DNA from: Anaerolineae bacterium
GTDB taxonomy: Bacteria; Chloroflexota; Anaerolineae; UBA1429
DNA length: 64,000 bases
NCBI GenBank assembly: GCA_963675785.1
Contig: OY776562.1
Span: 480,001 to 544,000 of the forward strand
Reading direction: 5' to 3'
The notes beneath the pieces are model-generated. The model ran no database searches. It worked only from the letters and a program-made list of their open reading frames with translations, and had not been told where the DNA came from. The position numbers and the translations under genes were made by a program. Of the stretch, positions 29,167-38,616 are shown in pieces. The stretch's first letter is position 1. Each line of letters begins with the position of its first letter.

Positions 29167-30186
29167 ATGACAGAACGATCCTTTTTGCCCACGGGCAAGT
29201 TGCCCATGGAATTCCTCTCGACAATGCTCGATTCTTGCTTGGCCGATGATCCACGCCTGATTGCGGGGCCTTGCGTCGGCGAAGATGTAGCTGTGATCGA
29301 CATGGGCGATCGCTATCTCGTCGTCAAGACCGATCCCATTACCTTTGCCACAGATGAAATCGGTTGGTATGCCGTCCACGTCAATGCCAACGATATTGCT
29401 ACTAGCGGTGGCGTGCCACGGTGGATGTTGGCCACTGTTCTTTTGCCAGAGGGGCGCACCACAGAAGAGGATGTGAGCAAGATATTCGCCCAGCTCAACG
29501 AGGCTTGCTGCGGCCTGGGCGTTACACTGGTTGGCGGCCATACTGAGGTGACAGCCGATCTTGTTCACCCTATTGTGGTGGGCGTGATGGTGGGTGAAGT
29601 AGCCAAAGATGCGCTGCTTACCACGGCGGGCGCCTGCGCAGGCGATCGGCTTTTGGTGGCCGGTAGTGTGCCCATCGAGGCGACGGCGCTGCTGGCGCGG
29701 GAATGCCACCAGGATTTATTGGAACGGGGCTATACGGAAGAATGGATTGCCCGTGCTGCCAGTATGTTGCATGATCCGGGCATCAGCGTCGTGCGCGTTG
29801 CTGAGGCCGTGCGAGGCGTGCAGGGTGTACACAGTATGCACGATCCCACTGAGGGCGGCCTGGCTACGGGAATTCACGAGATGGCCTATGCCTCTGGTAA
29901 CGGTGCCCTTGTGGATGACACGGCAATTCCCTATTCACCCGAGGGGTTGGCGCTTTGTAAAGAATATGACCTTGATCCATTAGGTGCTATTGCCAGTGGG
30001 GCTCTTTTGATCGCTGCTGCGCCTGAGAGCGTTTCTGGAGTTATTGCTGCCTGTGCTGCCATTGGCGTGGGGTGTGCCGATATTGGTGAGTTGACTGAGG
30101 AGCAGGGCTGCATTTGGCTGCTGCGCAATGGCGAGCGCCTGCCCATGCCGCGCTACGATAGTGATGAGGTCACACGCGTTCTGTAG
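29167..30186 (+). CDS. AIR synthase (PurM)-superfamily protein, HypE/ThiL-like
   Basis: GKL, GEDVAV, KTDPI, NANDIA, GGHTEVT, MHDPTEGG. Confidence 0.85.
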   Translation: MTERSFLPTGKLPMEFLSTMLDSCLADDPRLIAGPCVGEDVAVIDMGDRYLVVKTDPITFATDEIGWYAVHVNANDIATSGGVPRWMLATVLLPEGRTTEEDVSKIFAQLNEACCGLGVTLVGGHTEVTADLVHPIVVGVMVGEVAKDALLTTAGACAGDRLLVAGSVPIEATALLARECHQDLLERGYTEEWIARAASMLHDPGISVVRVAEAVRGVQGVHSMHDPTEGGLATGIHEMAYASGNGALVDDTAIPYSPEGLALCKEYDLDPLGAIASGALLIAAAPESVSGVIAACAAIGVGCADIGELTEEQGCIWLLRNGERLPMPRYDSDEVTRVL

Positions 30187-30196
30187 GATCAGGCTT

Positions 30197-32851
30197 TTAT
30201 TGCGCTTGTGATTTGACCGCGGTTTTAGTTAGGGCGTGCGCCAGAGCTTGTTGTTCTTCTGGCGTTGTTACTTGCTGATCCAGTAGGGCATCCCGAATGC
30301 GCCCCAGGATGATGCCATATACCGGCCCGGGTTTAATGCCCAGCCCCTGTAAATAGTGGCCGTCTACCACCGGTTCTACATCCCCCAGCTCTTTTTCATA
30401 CAGGTTCAGGCGCTCTTGCACCACGCTAGAATCGCACAGGGCCGAGATGACGAACCGTGCTTCTTGTGAAAAGGGTTGCAATAAGTGATAGATCTGGCTG
30501 CGCAGGAGCACGTCCGCCTGCAGCATATCCAACTCGTCTCGCAGCTCGGAAACTTGGTGCAGTAACTGCAGGTCGCGCTGTGAGATATGCAATCTTTGTG
30601 AAACCTCTCCCAATTCATTCCGATCGAGACTGCTAGTGAACAGCGCCAGGTAGCTCAACGCCAAAGAGGGGGGGCCTTCTATGGCGCTTCCGTCATTTGG
30701 TTTGGCGCTCAGGCTGGCTCCCATTCCGGGGTGGGTGCTCGGTTCCATGTAGTCTGTCTTGGCAAACACTTGCCTGAGTCTGGCAAACATCTCACTTTGT
30801 TCATGGCTCCAAGTGAGGCTGGGATGAATGCGGGCCAGCACGCCAAGTCGGTGCAGCCGTACTAGCGCCATCTCGGGCTTTTTCTCTCCCAAGATGAGAT
30901 AGAGCTCGTGGCGCAAGCGCTCTCCACTCACATCGTCGATCAAGTCCAATGCATCCGAAATGAGTTCTTCGCTGCGCTCTTCGATCTCAAATCCCAAGCG
31001 TTGTTCAAAGCGCACTGCACGCAAGATGCGCGTGGGGTCTTCTACAAAGCTAAGGCTGTGCAGCACGCGGATGCGCCGATTACGGATATCGCGCAGGCCG
31101 CTGTAATAGTCCAATAGCTCGCCGTAACGATCCCGATCCAGGCAGATGGCCATGGTGTTGATGGTGAAATCGCGCCGATAGAGGTCTTGTTTGATCGAAC
31201 TGTATTCCACACGAGGCAGCTCGGTAGGACGCTCGTAGAATTCGGTGCGGGCTGTCACAAAATCAAGCGATTCGGGCACGCCTTTTGCTCGGTTACCGTC
31301 GAGAATGACTTTGGCGGTGCCAAAGCGCGAATGGGTGCGAATGCGGGCGTCAAGCTTTTTCCCCAGGCGTCGGGCCATGGCAATGGCATCGCCTTCTACC
31401 ACCAAATCCAGATCGAGTGTGGGGGCACCGAGAACAAGATCGCGAACAAAGCCGCCTACGATGTACAACGAATAGCCCATATCATTGGCCGTATTGCGCG
31501 CCTCAACTAGCAGGTCGGCCAGAGCAGGGGGCAGCGCCTCGTCCAGCTTTTCTCGTAGACTCGCACCCTTGCCGCCATTCAATTCCGGGGCCTGCAGTTT
31601 GATGAGATCGGTGCGGGTAACGATGCCCGCAAAATGGCCATTTTGTACCACCGGCACCTGGCCCAGGTTGTGCTCTAGCATGATGTCGCGGACTATGTCG
31701 ATGGTGTCCTGCGGTTCGACATAGATGGGGCCGGTGTGGATAAAGCGTTCCAGCACCAGATCGGTTAGGCCATGATGGACGGCTCGGTCGATATCGCTAC
31801 GGGTAAGGATGCCAACCAGTTGATCACCGCGAACGACTGGGAAACCCTCATGGCCGTAACGACGCATGAGGGCGACGGCCTGCCCGACAGTCATATCTGG
31901 CGAAAGGGTGTGTACATTGGTGGACATAATGCTTGCCACAGAAAGCGGCGGCTCCACACGGGCCTCTAGGGCGTCGTTCAGGTGTTCTTCCACTTTGGTG
32001 AGGCTGCTACCTTCGGCTAACGCTGCTGCGGCACGCGTATGGCCTCCACCTCCCAGGGTGGTGAGAATGCTGCCTACGTCGATCTCGTCTACGATGCTGC
32101 GGGCGATGATCTGCACATCACCTTCGAATTCGCAGAGCATAAAGCAGGCCTGCACATCAAAAGTATCCAGCAGCTGGTTTACCAGTGAGGAAAGCTCATC
32201 GACATATTCGTCAAGATGGATAGATGCCACGAGCACCAGATGCCCGTTGATATCCACCGTGCGAGAAGAATTCAAAAGTTGCTGATAGACCTCGCGCTGT
32301 GCTGCAGAGAGGGCGTGGTGCATGAATTCTTGGACGATTTGCAGCGCAGCGTGCTCTTCCATGAGCCAGGCGGCGGCGCGGACATCGCGGGCCGTCGTGG
32401 TGAGATAAGAGAGCGATCCCGTGTCCTCATAAATACCCAGCAGCATTAGGGTGGCGCTGATGGAGGAAATATCCAAGCCTCGCTCGCGAATTTGCTCGAT
32501 GAGCAGCGTGGTATTGGCCCCCACAGCATCGCCTTCAATGATCGTGCGCTTGTCCGCTTTGCGCGTATGCTGGTGGTGGTCGATGATATGGTAGCGGGTT
32601 TCGGCGTTCATACGTTTGATGGGGGCGATGGCCTGGGTATCCACTAAGAGCACATCGCTGATTGGCTCCAGCGTCACTGCCTGTCGATTGGTCAGGCCCA
32701 GGGCTTCGCCGTAAAGCACGGCAAAACGGGCCACGTTGCGGTTTAGCTTGGCGGGTAAAAGCGCAACATAGTCCGGATAGAGCAGAGACGCGGCATGAAT
32801 TGAAGCCAGGGCGTCCATATCAGTGCGTTCGTGACTTGTGATGATTTTCAT
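30197..32851 (-). CDS. DHH-DHHA1-CBS tRNA nucleotidyltransferase (A-adding/CCA type)
   Basis: H..TDMD, DHH, EDTG, GGGH, CBS pair, GGFVRD...DLD, RRDFTIN, EDPTRILRA.RF. Confidence 0.9.
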   Translation of the reverse strand: MKIITSHERTDMDALASIHAASLLYPDYVALLPAKLNRNVARFAVLYGEALGLTNRQAVTLEPISDVLLVDTQAIAPIKRMNAETRYHIIDHHQHTRKADKRTIIEGDAVGANTTLLIEQIRERGLDISSISATLMLLGIYEDTGSLSYLTTTARDVRAAAWLMEEHAALQIVQEFMHHALSAAQREVYQQLLNSSRTVDINGHLVLVASIHLDEYVDELSSLVNQLLDTFDVQACFMLCEFEGDVQIIARSIVDEIDVGSILTTLGGGGHTRAAAALAEGSSLTKVEEHLNDALEARVEPPLSVASIMSTNVHTLSPDMTVGQAVALMRRYGHEGFPVVRGDQLVGILTRSDIDRAVHHGLTDLVLERFIHTGPIYVEPQDTIDIVRDIMLEHNLGQVPVVQNGHFAGIVTRTDLIKLQAPELNGGKGASLREKLDEALPPALADLLVEARNTANDMGYSLYIVGGFVRDLVLGAPTLDLDLVVEGDAIAMARRLGKKLDARIRTHSRFGTAKVILDGNRAKGVPESLDFVTARTEFYERPTELPRVEYSSIKQDLYRRDFTINTMAICLDRDRYGELLDYYSGLRDIRNRRIRVLHSLSFVEDPTRILRAVRFEQRLGFEIEERSEELISDALDLIDDVSGERLRHELYLILGEKKPEMALVRLHRLGVLARIHPSLTWSHEQSEMFARLRQVFAKTDYMEPSTHPGMGASLSAKPNDGSAIEGPPSLALSYLALFTSSLDRNELGEVSQRLHISQRDLQLLHQVSELRDELDMLQADVLLRSQIYHLLQPFSQEARFVISALCDSSVVQERLNLYEKELGDVEPVVDGHYLQGLGIKPGPVYGIILGRIRDALLDQQVTTPEEQQALAHALTKTAVKSQAQ

Positions 32852-33039
32852 AAAGGTCGCTCCAATTTCATCATCATACATCCTAGAGGGCGTTGCTGTC
32901 CAGACTGGAGGACTCGCTTGTCGTCAGGCTGCGAGTGTGCGATACTAGGGAGCGTTGCGGGTTTGGTTCCTCACAGATGGCCGAGTGATTCCAGAGTGGT
33001 CGAGGCATCGACTGCGATCAAAATAAGGTGAGGTGGAGT

Positions 33040-34851
33040 GTGGTAGAGCTAAAAAGGCGAGAAGAAATCTCTGAACAGTTCAAGTGGGACACCTACAGCG
33101 TGTTTCCCTCAAACGAGGTCTGGGAAGAGGCTGTCCTCCAACTCAAGGCTGAGATCGGTTCAATTGCTGCTTATAGCGGCCGCCTATCGCAGGGTGCTCA
33201 GGTTCTTTCGGAGGCACTCGAAGCGGTGATGAACCTTTACCGCAATATGGGCAAGATCATCATCTATGCCAGTAACTTTCACAATGTGGATACGGCCGAC
33301 GGTGAGGCAGCGGGCCGGGATTCGCGATCTATGGCTTTGTACGCTCAGGTCGCCGCGGCAACGGCCTTTCTGGAGCCCGAACTTATTGCCATAGGCTTTG
33401 ACACCTTGCGCCAGTGGCTAGATGAGGAACCAGGATTGGCAGTTTACAGCCACTTTGTGGATGATTTGGAGCGCAAACAGGCCCATGTACGCACGCCAGA
33501 GATTGAAGAACTGTTGGGCCTGGTGCGCGAGCCTTTCGAGACCGCCTCGTCAATTCACGGCATTTTGGCCGACGCTGACCTGGTTTTTGAACCAGCAATT
33601 GATAGCACAGGCAAGAGCCACGAAGTAGCCCAGGGCACCATTGACGCCCTGCTCATGAGTGAAGATCGCGAGCTGCGCCGCACGGCCTGGCAGAGCTATT
33701 CCGATGCGCACTTGGCGCATCAGCACAGCATGGCGGCTTGCCTTAGCGGCGGTGTCAAACAGGATGTGTTCATGGCTCGGGCTCGTCTCTTTGATTCGGC
33801 CGTAGAGGCTGCTTTGGACGCTAACAACATCCCCGTCGCCGTCTATTACAATGTGGTAGATACCTTCAAAGCTAATCTGCCGTTGTGGCACCGCTACTGG
33901 CGGCTGCTGCGTAAGGCCCTGGGGTATGAAAAGCTCCACGTTTATGACATCAAGGCGCCACTTTCGGCGGATAAACCAGTGGTCAGTTTTGATCAGGCCG
34001 CAACATGGGTCTCTGCAGCACTAGCTCCCCTCGGTGAGAATTATGTTGGCACACTACGCAAAGGCTTGTTGGAGCAGCGCTGGGTCGATGTGATGCCCAA
34101 CAAGAACAAGCGCGCTGGTGCCTATTCCTACGGTATGCCTGGCACATTTCCCTTTGTGCTGATGAGCTTTACCGATGATCTAGAGAGCGTAAGCACGCTA
34201 GCCCATGAACTGGGCCATTCCATGCATTCCTATCACACTTGGGAGACTCAGCCGCAGGTCTATAGTGACTATTCTATCTTTGTGGCCGAAGTGCCTTCTA
34301 ACTTTAACCAGGCTGTGGTGCGCGACTATCTGTTTGAGCATCACCCCGAGCGCGATTTCCAGATCGCCCTCATTGAAGAGGCTATGTCCAATTTCCACCG
34401 CTATTTCTTCCTCATGCCCACCCTGGCACGTTTTGAGCTAGAGATTCATGAGCGAGTAGAGCGCGGTGAGGCCCTGACAGCCGATTCAATGAACGACCTG
34501 CTAGCCAGTCTCTTTGCCGAGGGTTATGGTGACGAGGTAGAGATGGATCACGACCGTATTGGCGTAACCTGGGCCGAATTCCCCACGCATCTTTACTCTA
34601 ATTTCTATGTCTATCAGTACACTACGGGCATTGCTGGCGCCCACGCTTTGGCCAACCGTGTGCTGGATGGCGGTGCGGCTGAGCTACAGGATTATATCGA
34701 CTTTATTTCTGCGGGCAGTGCCATGTATCCGCTGGATGCTCTTAAACATGCCGGCGTTGATATGACCTCGCCAGCTCCGATTCAAGCGGCTTTTGATTAT
34801 CTAGGCGGCTTGATCGATCGTTTGGAAGAGCTTATCGAGCGGGGCGACTAG
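33040..34851 (+). CDS. pepF: Oligoendopeptidase F (M3B)
   Basis: KW N-terminus, KRAGAYS, TLAHELGHSMHS, FVAEV.S, FYVYQY.TG. Confidence 0.95.
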   Translation: MVELKRREEISEQFKWDTYSVFPSNEVWEEAVLQLKAEIGSIAAYSGRLSQGAQVLSEALEAVMNLYRNMGKIIIYASNFHNVDTADGEAAGRDSRSMALYAQVAAATAFLEPELIAIGFDTLRQWLDEEPGLAVYSHFVDDLERKQAHVRTPEIEELLGLVREPFETASSIHGILADADLVFEPAIDSTGKSHEVAQGTIDALLMSEDRELRRTAWQSYSDAHLAHQHSMAACLSGGVKQDVFMARARLFDSAVEAALDANNIPVAVYYNVVDTFKANLPLWHRYWRLLRKALGYEKLHVYDIKAPLSADKPVVSFDQAATWVSAALAPLGENYVGTLRKGLLEQRWVDVMPNKNKRAGAYSYGMPGTFPFVLMSFTDDLESVSTLAHELGHSMHSYHTWETQPQVYSDYSIFVAEVPSNFNQAVVRDYLFEHHPERDFQIALIEEAMSNFHRYFFLMPTLARFELEIHERVERGEALTADSMNDLLASLFAEGYGDEVEMDHDRIGVTWAEFPTHLYSNFYVYQYTTGIAGAHALANRVLDGGAAELQDYIDFISAGSAMYPLDALKHAGVDMTSPAPIQAAFDYLGGLIDRLEELIERGD

Positions 34852-34860
34852 AAAGAGCAG

Positions 34861-34886
34861 GAGGGGGCTTCGGCCCCCTCTTTTTT
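34861..34886. terminator. Intrinsic terminator
   Basis: GAGGGGGC-TTCG-GCCCCCTC hairpin plus T run. Confidence 0.85.
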
Positions 34887-36018
34887 ATTGGGGAGAATCC
34901 AAGAGGGATTGGAAAAAGGTTGTGTCGAGACCGCGGAAGGTCTGCGACAGGGAACCGGCGGTTCCGGCAAAGCGCCCCGTGTTTACCGACTGGTCGAGCA
35001 TGGTCTGGCTGTAGAGATGGTGAATCAGCGCCTCAAGCGAGGCCGAAAGGGCATAACCCGTGTTGTGCAGCAGCACTTGTGCTTCGAACCTTCCGGGCCA
35101 GGGAGCTACGTTCTTCAGGATAGAGAGTTGACCGTCTTCATCTTCAGTGCCCAGCGCTTCTAGACTGACGATGCCGATCATAGGCTCTTGCGCCTCTAAC
35201 AGAGCCTGAACAACCTGGGCATCGCTGTATACCATAGAGGGGCTGTTGCCGAGGATAGCCGAAACCAGCATTTCACCGGCCTGGCTTGCATCCTCAAGGG
35301 CCTGACCTGCGTATAGTTCATAAGCCTGTGCTACTTGTTCAGGGGCAGCTTTTATGCGCTCGAACAGCTCGGCTGTCTCTTCGCTTACATCCGGATTAGC
35401 CAAAACCAGGCGACCGCTCCAATCGGCAGAGGTTAGTACCCACCAATTGTTGACAGCACTGGTTGCTGCGGGGACATTTGTTACCAGAACGCGTGCAGTC
35501 CATGTGTGGATCGATAAACCTGTCACTGTCTGCAAAAAGGCAGTGGGATCTGCAGGTGCGGCTGCTTCCAATTGACCATTATCGACTAGCCCGCGCACCA
35601 GTTCCAAATCATCGAGGAGGAAGAGTTCCGGAGCGTCCTCCTCAGCAAGCAGGGTGGCGGTATGTTCTGATTCCGAGTACTGCAAGTTGAGTTCGGTGAG
35701 GGATGAAGCCGATACGAGCCATTCGGCGGAACCGAGAAGACGGGCATTGGCTATCACCAAACCAATCGTGCCATCGTTGGGCAATGGTGTATTCGCCGGC
35801 GGTATGGACGTTTCGGCGGTAGTTGCCGATGCTTCTGGTATGGCCGAGACAGAATTTGCTGCAAAAGGAGTTGCACTTGCTATAGGCTGGATGGTTTCAG
35901 TAGATGTTTCAGCCGCCGTGTCTGCAGTCTCAATAGGCGCAGCGAGCTTGTAGGTGCCAGCACATCCCACAATTAAGACAGAAACTAGACCGATAGCAAT
36001 GATTGTTCTTTTGACCAA
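34885..36018 (-). CDS. Lipoprotein, divergent solute-binding-protein-like
   Basis: Lipobox IVG-C, Thr/Ala linker, NWW.LT...W.GRLVL.NP pattern as in type 2 periplasmic-binding-protein folds. Confidence 0.6.
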   Translation of the reverse strand: MVKRTIIAIGLVSVLIVGCAGTYKLAAPIETADTAAETSTETIQPIASATPFAANSVSAIPEASATTAETSIPPANTPLPNDGTIGLVIANARLLGSAEWLVSASSLTELNLQYSESEHTATLLAEEDAPELFLLDDLELVRGLVDNGQLEAAAPADPTAFLQTVTGLSIHTWTARVLVTNVPAATSAVNNWWVLTSADWSGRLVLANPDVSEETAELFERIKAAPEQVAQAYELYAGQALEDASQAGEMLVSAILGNSPSMVYSDAQVVQALLEAQEPMIGIVSLEALGTEDEDGQLSILKNVAPWPGRFEAQVLLHNTGYALSASLEALIHHLYSQTMLDQSVNTGRFAGTAGSLSQTFRGLDTTFFQSLLDSPQ

Positions 36019-36144
36019 GGCATTTACCTCACTTTGACCTCTATTATGGCACAGGCATAGTGATCGCCAAACTGCCCTATCAAGGCTTGGCGCGGGGCGA
36101 TTTTCACAAGTATAATAAGTCGCATGTGAAACAAGGAGGATCAG

Positions 36145-37128
36145 ATGACACTACGGCTCGTTTTCGCCGGATCTACCGGACATGTGGGTTATGTGCTGCG
36201 AGAGCTCGCAGATTTTGACGTGCAGGCTGTGGGTTGTGCCCCGACCTTTGAGGGTGAGTCGATGGCTGTATTTGAACCGTTGGGTATTCCCCATTATAGC
36301 TGTTGGAAGTGCCTGCTGAAAGAGACTCAGCCCGACATCGTGGTGGTAGATGCCCGCTATGATCTCAATGCCCAGATTTCCATCGCAGCCATGAAACAGG
36401 GCGCGCATGTCATTAGCGAAAAGCCGGCAGCACTCGATCTAGAAGATCTGGCTGCTTTGAGGCAAACTATTGCTAAAACCGGACGCATCTATACACTCAT
36501 GCTAGCCATCCGTTACGAGCCAGCTTTTTGGACGGCGCACCGCCTGGTGAGCGAGGGCATGATTGGTGACCCTGTGCTGGTTTCTGGCCAAAAGTCTTAT
36601 CGCTGGGGTGCATCACGCCCCGAATGGTACGCCGATCCCTCCAAATACGGCAGCACGATGGCTTGGGTAGGCATTCACACCTTTGATTTTGCCCGCTGGA
36701 TTGCTGGTGTCGAGTTCACTGAGGTCTATGCCCATCATGCGAATCTGGTGCATATCGAGCGCCCTGGCTGCCAGGATGTGGCGACGGTCATTGCCAGTCT
36801 CTCGAATGGTGGCAGTGCGGTGTTCAATATCGATTATTTGCGCCCAGAGGCCGCCAAAACGCATGGTGATGATCGTGTGCGTGTTGTCGGTTCTCGCGGC
36901 ATCGTTGAAGTATGTGATGAGGGGCGGAGCCTTCACGTGATTACGCCCGATATGGATGAGTCTGATTATCCCTTGGATACCCCGGATAGGAGTTTCTTTG
37001 GAGATTTCGTTCATGCCGTCGAGGGAACGGGCGATCTGTTGATCACGGCAGATGAAGGGTTGTCTATCACCGAGTTTGCGCTCAAAGCTGCCCTGGCGGC
37101 GGATACGCATAAACCAGTTATACTCTAG
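36145..37128 (+). CDS. Gfo/Idh/MocA family oxidoreductase
   Basis: GAHVISEKP, IRYEP, G.IG.P, GIH..D, V.GS.G motifs. Confidence 0.88.
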   Translation: MTLRLVFAGSTGHVGYVLRELADFDVQAVGCAPTFEGESMAVFEPLGIPHYSCWKCLLKETQPDIVVVDARYDLNAQISIAAMKQGAHVISEKPAALDLEDLAALRQTIAKTGRIYTLMLAIRYEPAFWTAHRLVSEGMIGDPVLVSGQKSYRWGASRPEWYADPSKYGSTMAWVGIHTFDFARWIAGVEFTEVYAHHANLVHIERPGCQDVATVIASLSNGGSAVFNIDYLRPEAAKTHGDDRVRVVGSRGIVEVCDEGRSLHVITPDMDESDYPLDTPDRSFFGDFVHAVEGTGDLLITADEGLSITEFALKAALAADTHKPVIL

Positions 37129-37152
37129 GTACAGATTGAAAGGGAAGGGACA

Positions 37153-38079
37153 ATGAACAAGAACAAACCGTTTAGCGGCCGCACTATTCTAGTCGCTGTG
37201 GTCGTTGTTTTAGTTTTAATTATGTTGTTTTCTAGTTATACTATTGTAGAACCGGGAAATCGCGGTGTTGTTGTCTTTCTTGGTGATGTTGAAGAAGACA
37301 ATGTGCTACCAGAGGGTTTCCATCTTGTGCTGCCGCCTCTGGCCAGACAGGTGACGCAGGTCAATGTGCGCACTCAAAAGATAGAAATTGTGACCGAAGC
37401 GGCTTCAAAGGACCTGCAGGCTATGGTCATTACTGCGGTGCTCAACTATCATGTAGACCCCGCGGGCGCCGGGCTTTTGTTCCAGCAAGTTGGTCTGGAT
37501 TACGAAAACGTTATCATTGCGCCGGCCATTCAAGAGGCGCTCAAGGCGGTAACGGCCAGTTATCGTATTGAAGAAGTGTTGGTTAATCGAGCGATTATCA
37601 AGGACGAGATTGCTTCAATTCTCTCCGAGAGGCTGGGCACCAACCAGATCATCGTGGATCAATTCTCTTTGCAGAATGTTGAGTTCTCTGAAGAGTATAA
37701 CCAGGCCATCGAGCGCAAGCAGATTGCTGAGCAAGGAGCGCAGCAGAAGGAATACGAGCTACAAGCCGCCGAGATGGACATTCAAATTGCCATCGCCAAC
37801 GCAGAGGCTGAGAAAGAAGCCGCGATCAGGGCGGCAGAGGGCAGGGCTATTGCTCGCCAGATAGAGGCTGAAGCTGAGGCCCAGGCATTGGCACTAATCG
37901 CCGAACAGCTCAGGGATAACCCGGCCCTTATCCAATACGAGTGGGCCACGCGGTTATCTCCCAGCGTCAATACAATTTTGCTGCCGGCGGATCAGGAGAT
38001 CATTTTGGGCGGAGATAGTTTGATCACTTCGCCAACGGTTGAGAGTACAGAAACGATAACGACTACGACGGAAGAGTAA
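37153..38079 (+). CDS. Prohibitin/SPFH (band 7) membrane protein
   Basis: N-terminal TM, GFH...P, ASKDLQ, FSEEY..AIE.KQIAEQ, AEA-rich coiled coil. Confidence 0.92.
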   Translation: MNKNKPFSGRTILVAVVVVLVLIMLFSSYTIVEPGNRGVVVFLGDVEEDNVLPEGFHLVLPPLARQVTQVNVRTQKIEIVTEAASKDLQAMVITAVLNYHVDPAGAGLLFQQVGLDYENVIIAPAIQEALKAVTASYRIEEVLVNRAIIKDEIASILSERLGTNQIIVDQFSLQNVEFSEEYNQAIERKQIAEQGAQQKEYELQAAEMDIQIAIANAEAEKEAAIRAAEGRAIARQIEAEAEAQALALIAEQLRDNPALIQYEWATRLSPSVNTILLPADQEIILGGDSLITSPTVESTETITTTTEE

Positions 38080-38097
38080 CCAGCAGATCATCGATGA

Positions 38098-38574
38098 GTG
38101 GACATAATGATTGACGAGGATAACAAAGCCGTGCATAATCAGGAAGAAAAGTTTCATCCTCTCATCCGTTATTGGTTGATGGGGCAAGGGGCCCAATACC
38201 CTGAACGAAACAAGGGTGCGGCTTTGGATCTCAAGGCCCGGCTGAAGGGCAAGCGCAGACTGGTATGGGGATGGGCCAAGATTCCTACTGGTGTAGCCCT
38301 TGCGATGCCTGATGATGTTGTGGTTCGCGTTACTGGGCGCAGCGGCAATTTTCTCCGTGGGCTGATTGTGCATGATGGTCTTGTGGAGTCCGAGTTCAAT
38401 GGCCAGGAACTCTGTGCGCTGATCTATTGTCCGTGGCCTCGTGTGATTCATCATGGTCAGCGTATTGCACAGATGTGGGCTATATCCATTGAGCGGAAAG
38501 CTTTTGAACAAGTAGTGCAAGAACCCACAGGTGTGTTTTCAACTAAAACAGGGTTTGGCTCAACGGGGGAATAG
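38098..38574 (+). CDS. dut: Trimeric dUTPase-like protein with altered motifs III and V
   Basis: AALDL (I), GRSG (II), GLVESEFNG (III), RIAQ (IV), GFGSTG (V). Confidence 0.75.
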   Translation: MDIMIDEDNKAVHNQEEKFHPLIRYWLMGQGAQYPERNKGAALDLKARLKGKRRLVWGWAKIPTGVALAMPDDVVVRVTGRSGNFLRGLIVHDGLVESEFNGQELCALIYCPWPRVIHHGQRIAQMWAISIERKAFEQVVQEPTGVFSTKTGFGSTGE

Positions 38575-38616
38575 TTTTGTTCCTCGGTGAGCGAATAGAA
38601 ACCAGGTGGTACCGAG

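Noticed and set aside
25513-30186. YgeY-like hydrolase plus PurM-fold protein as a selenium utilisation cluster
   Set aside because: No in-frame TGA/SECIS and no SelD catalytic Cys/Sec-x-x-Lys motif; the genes are separated by unrelated transcription units.
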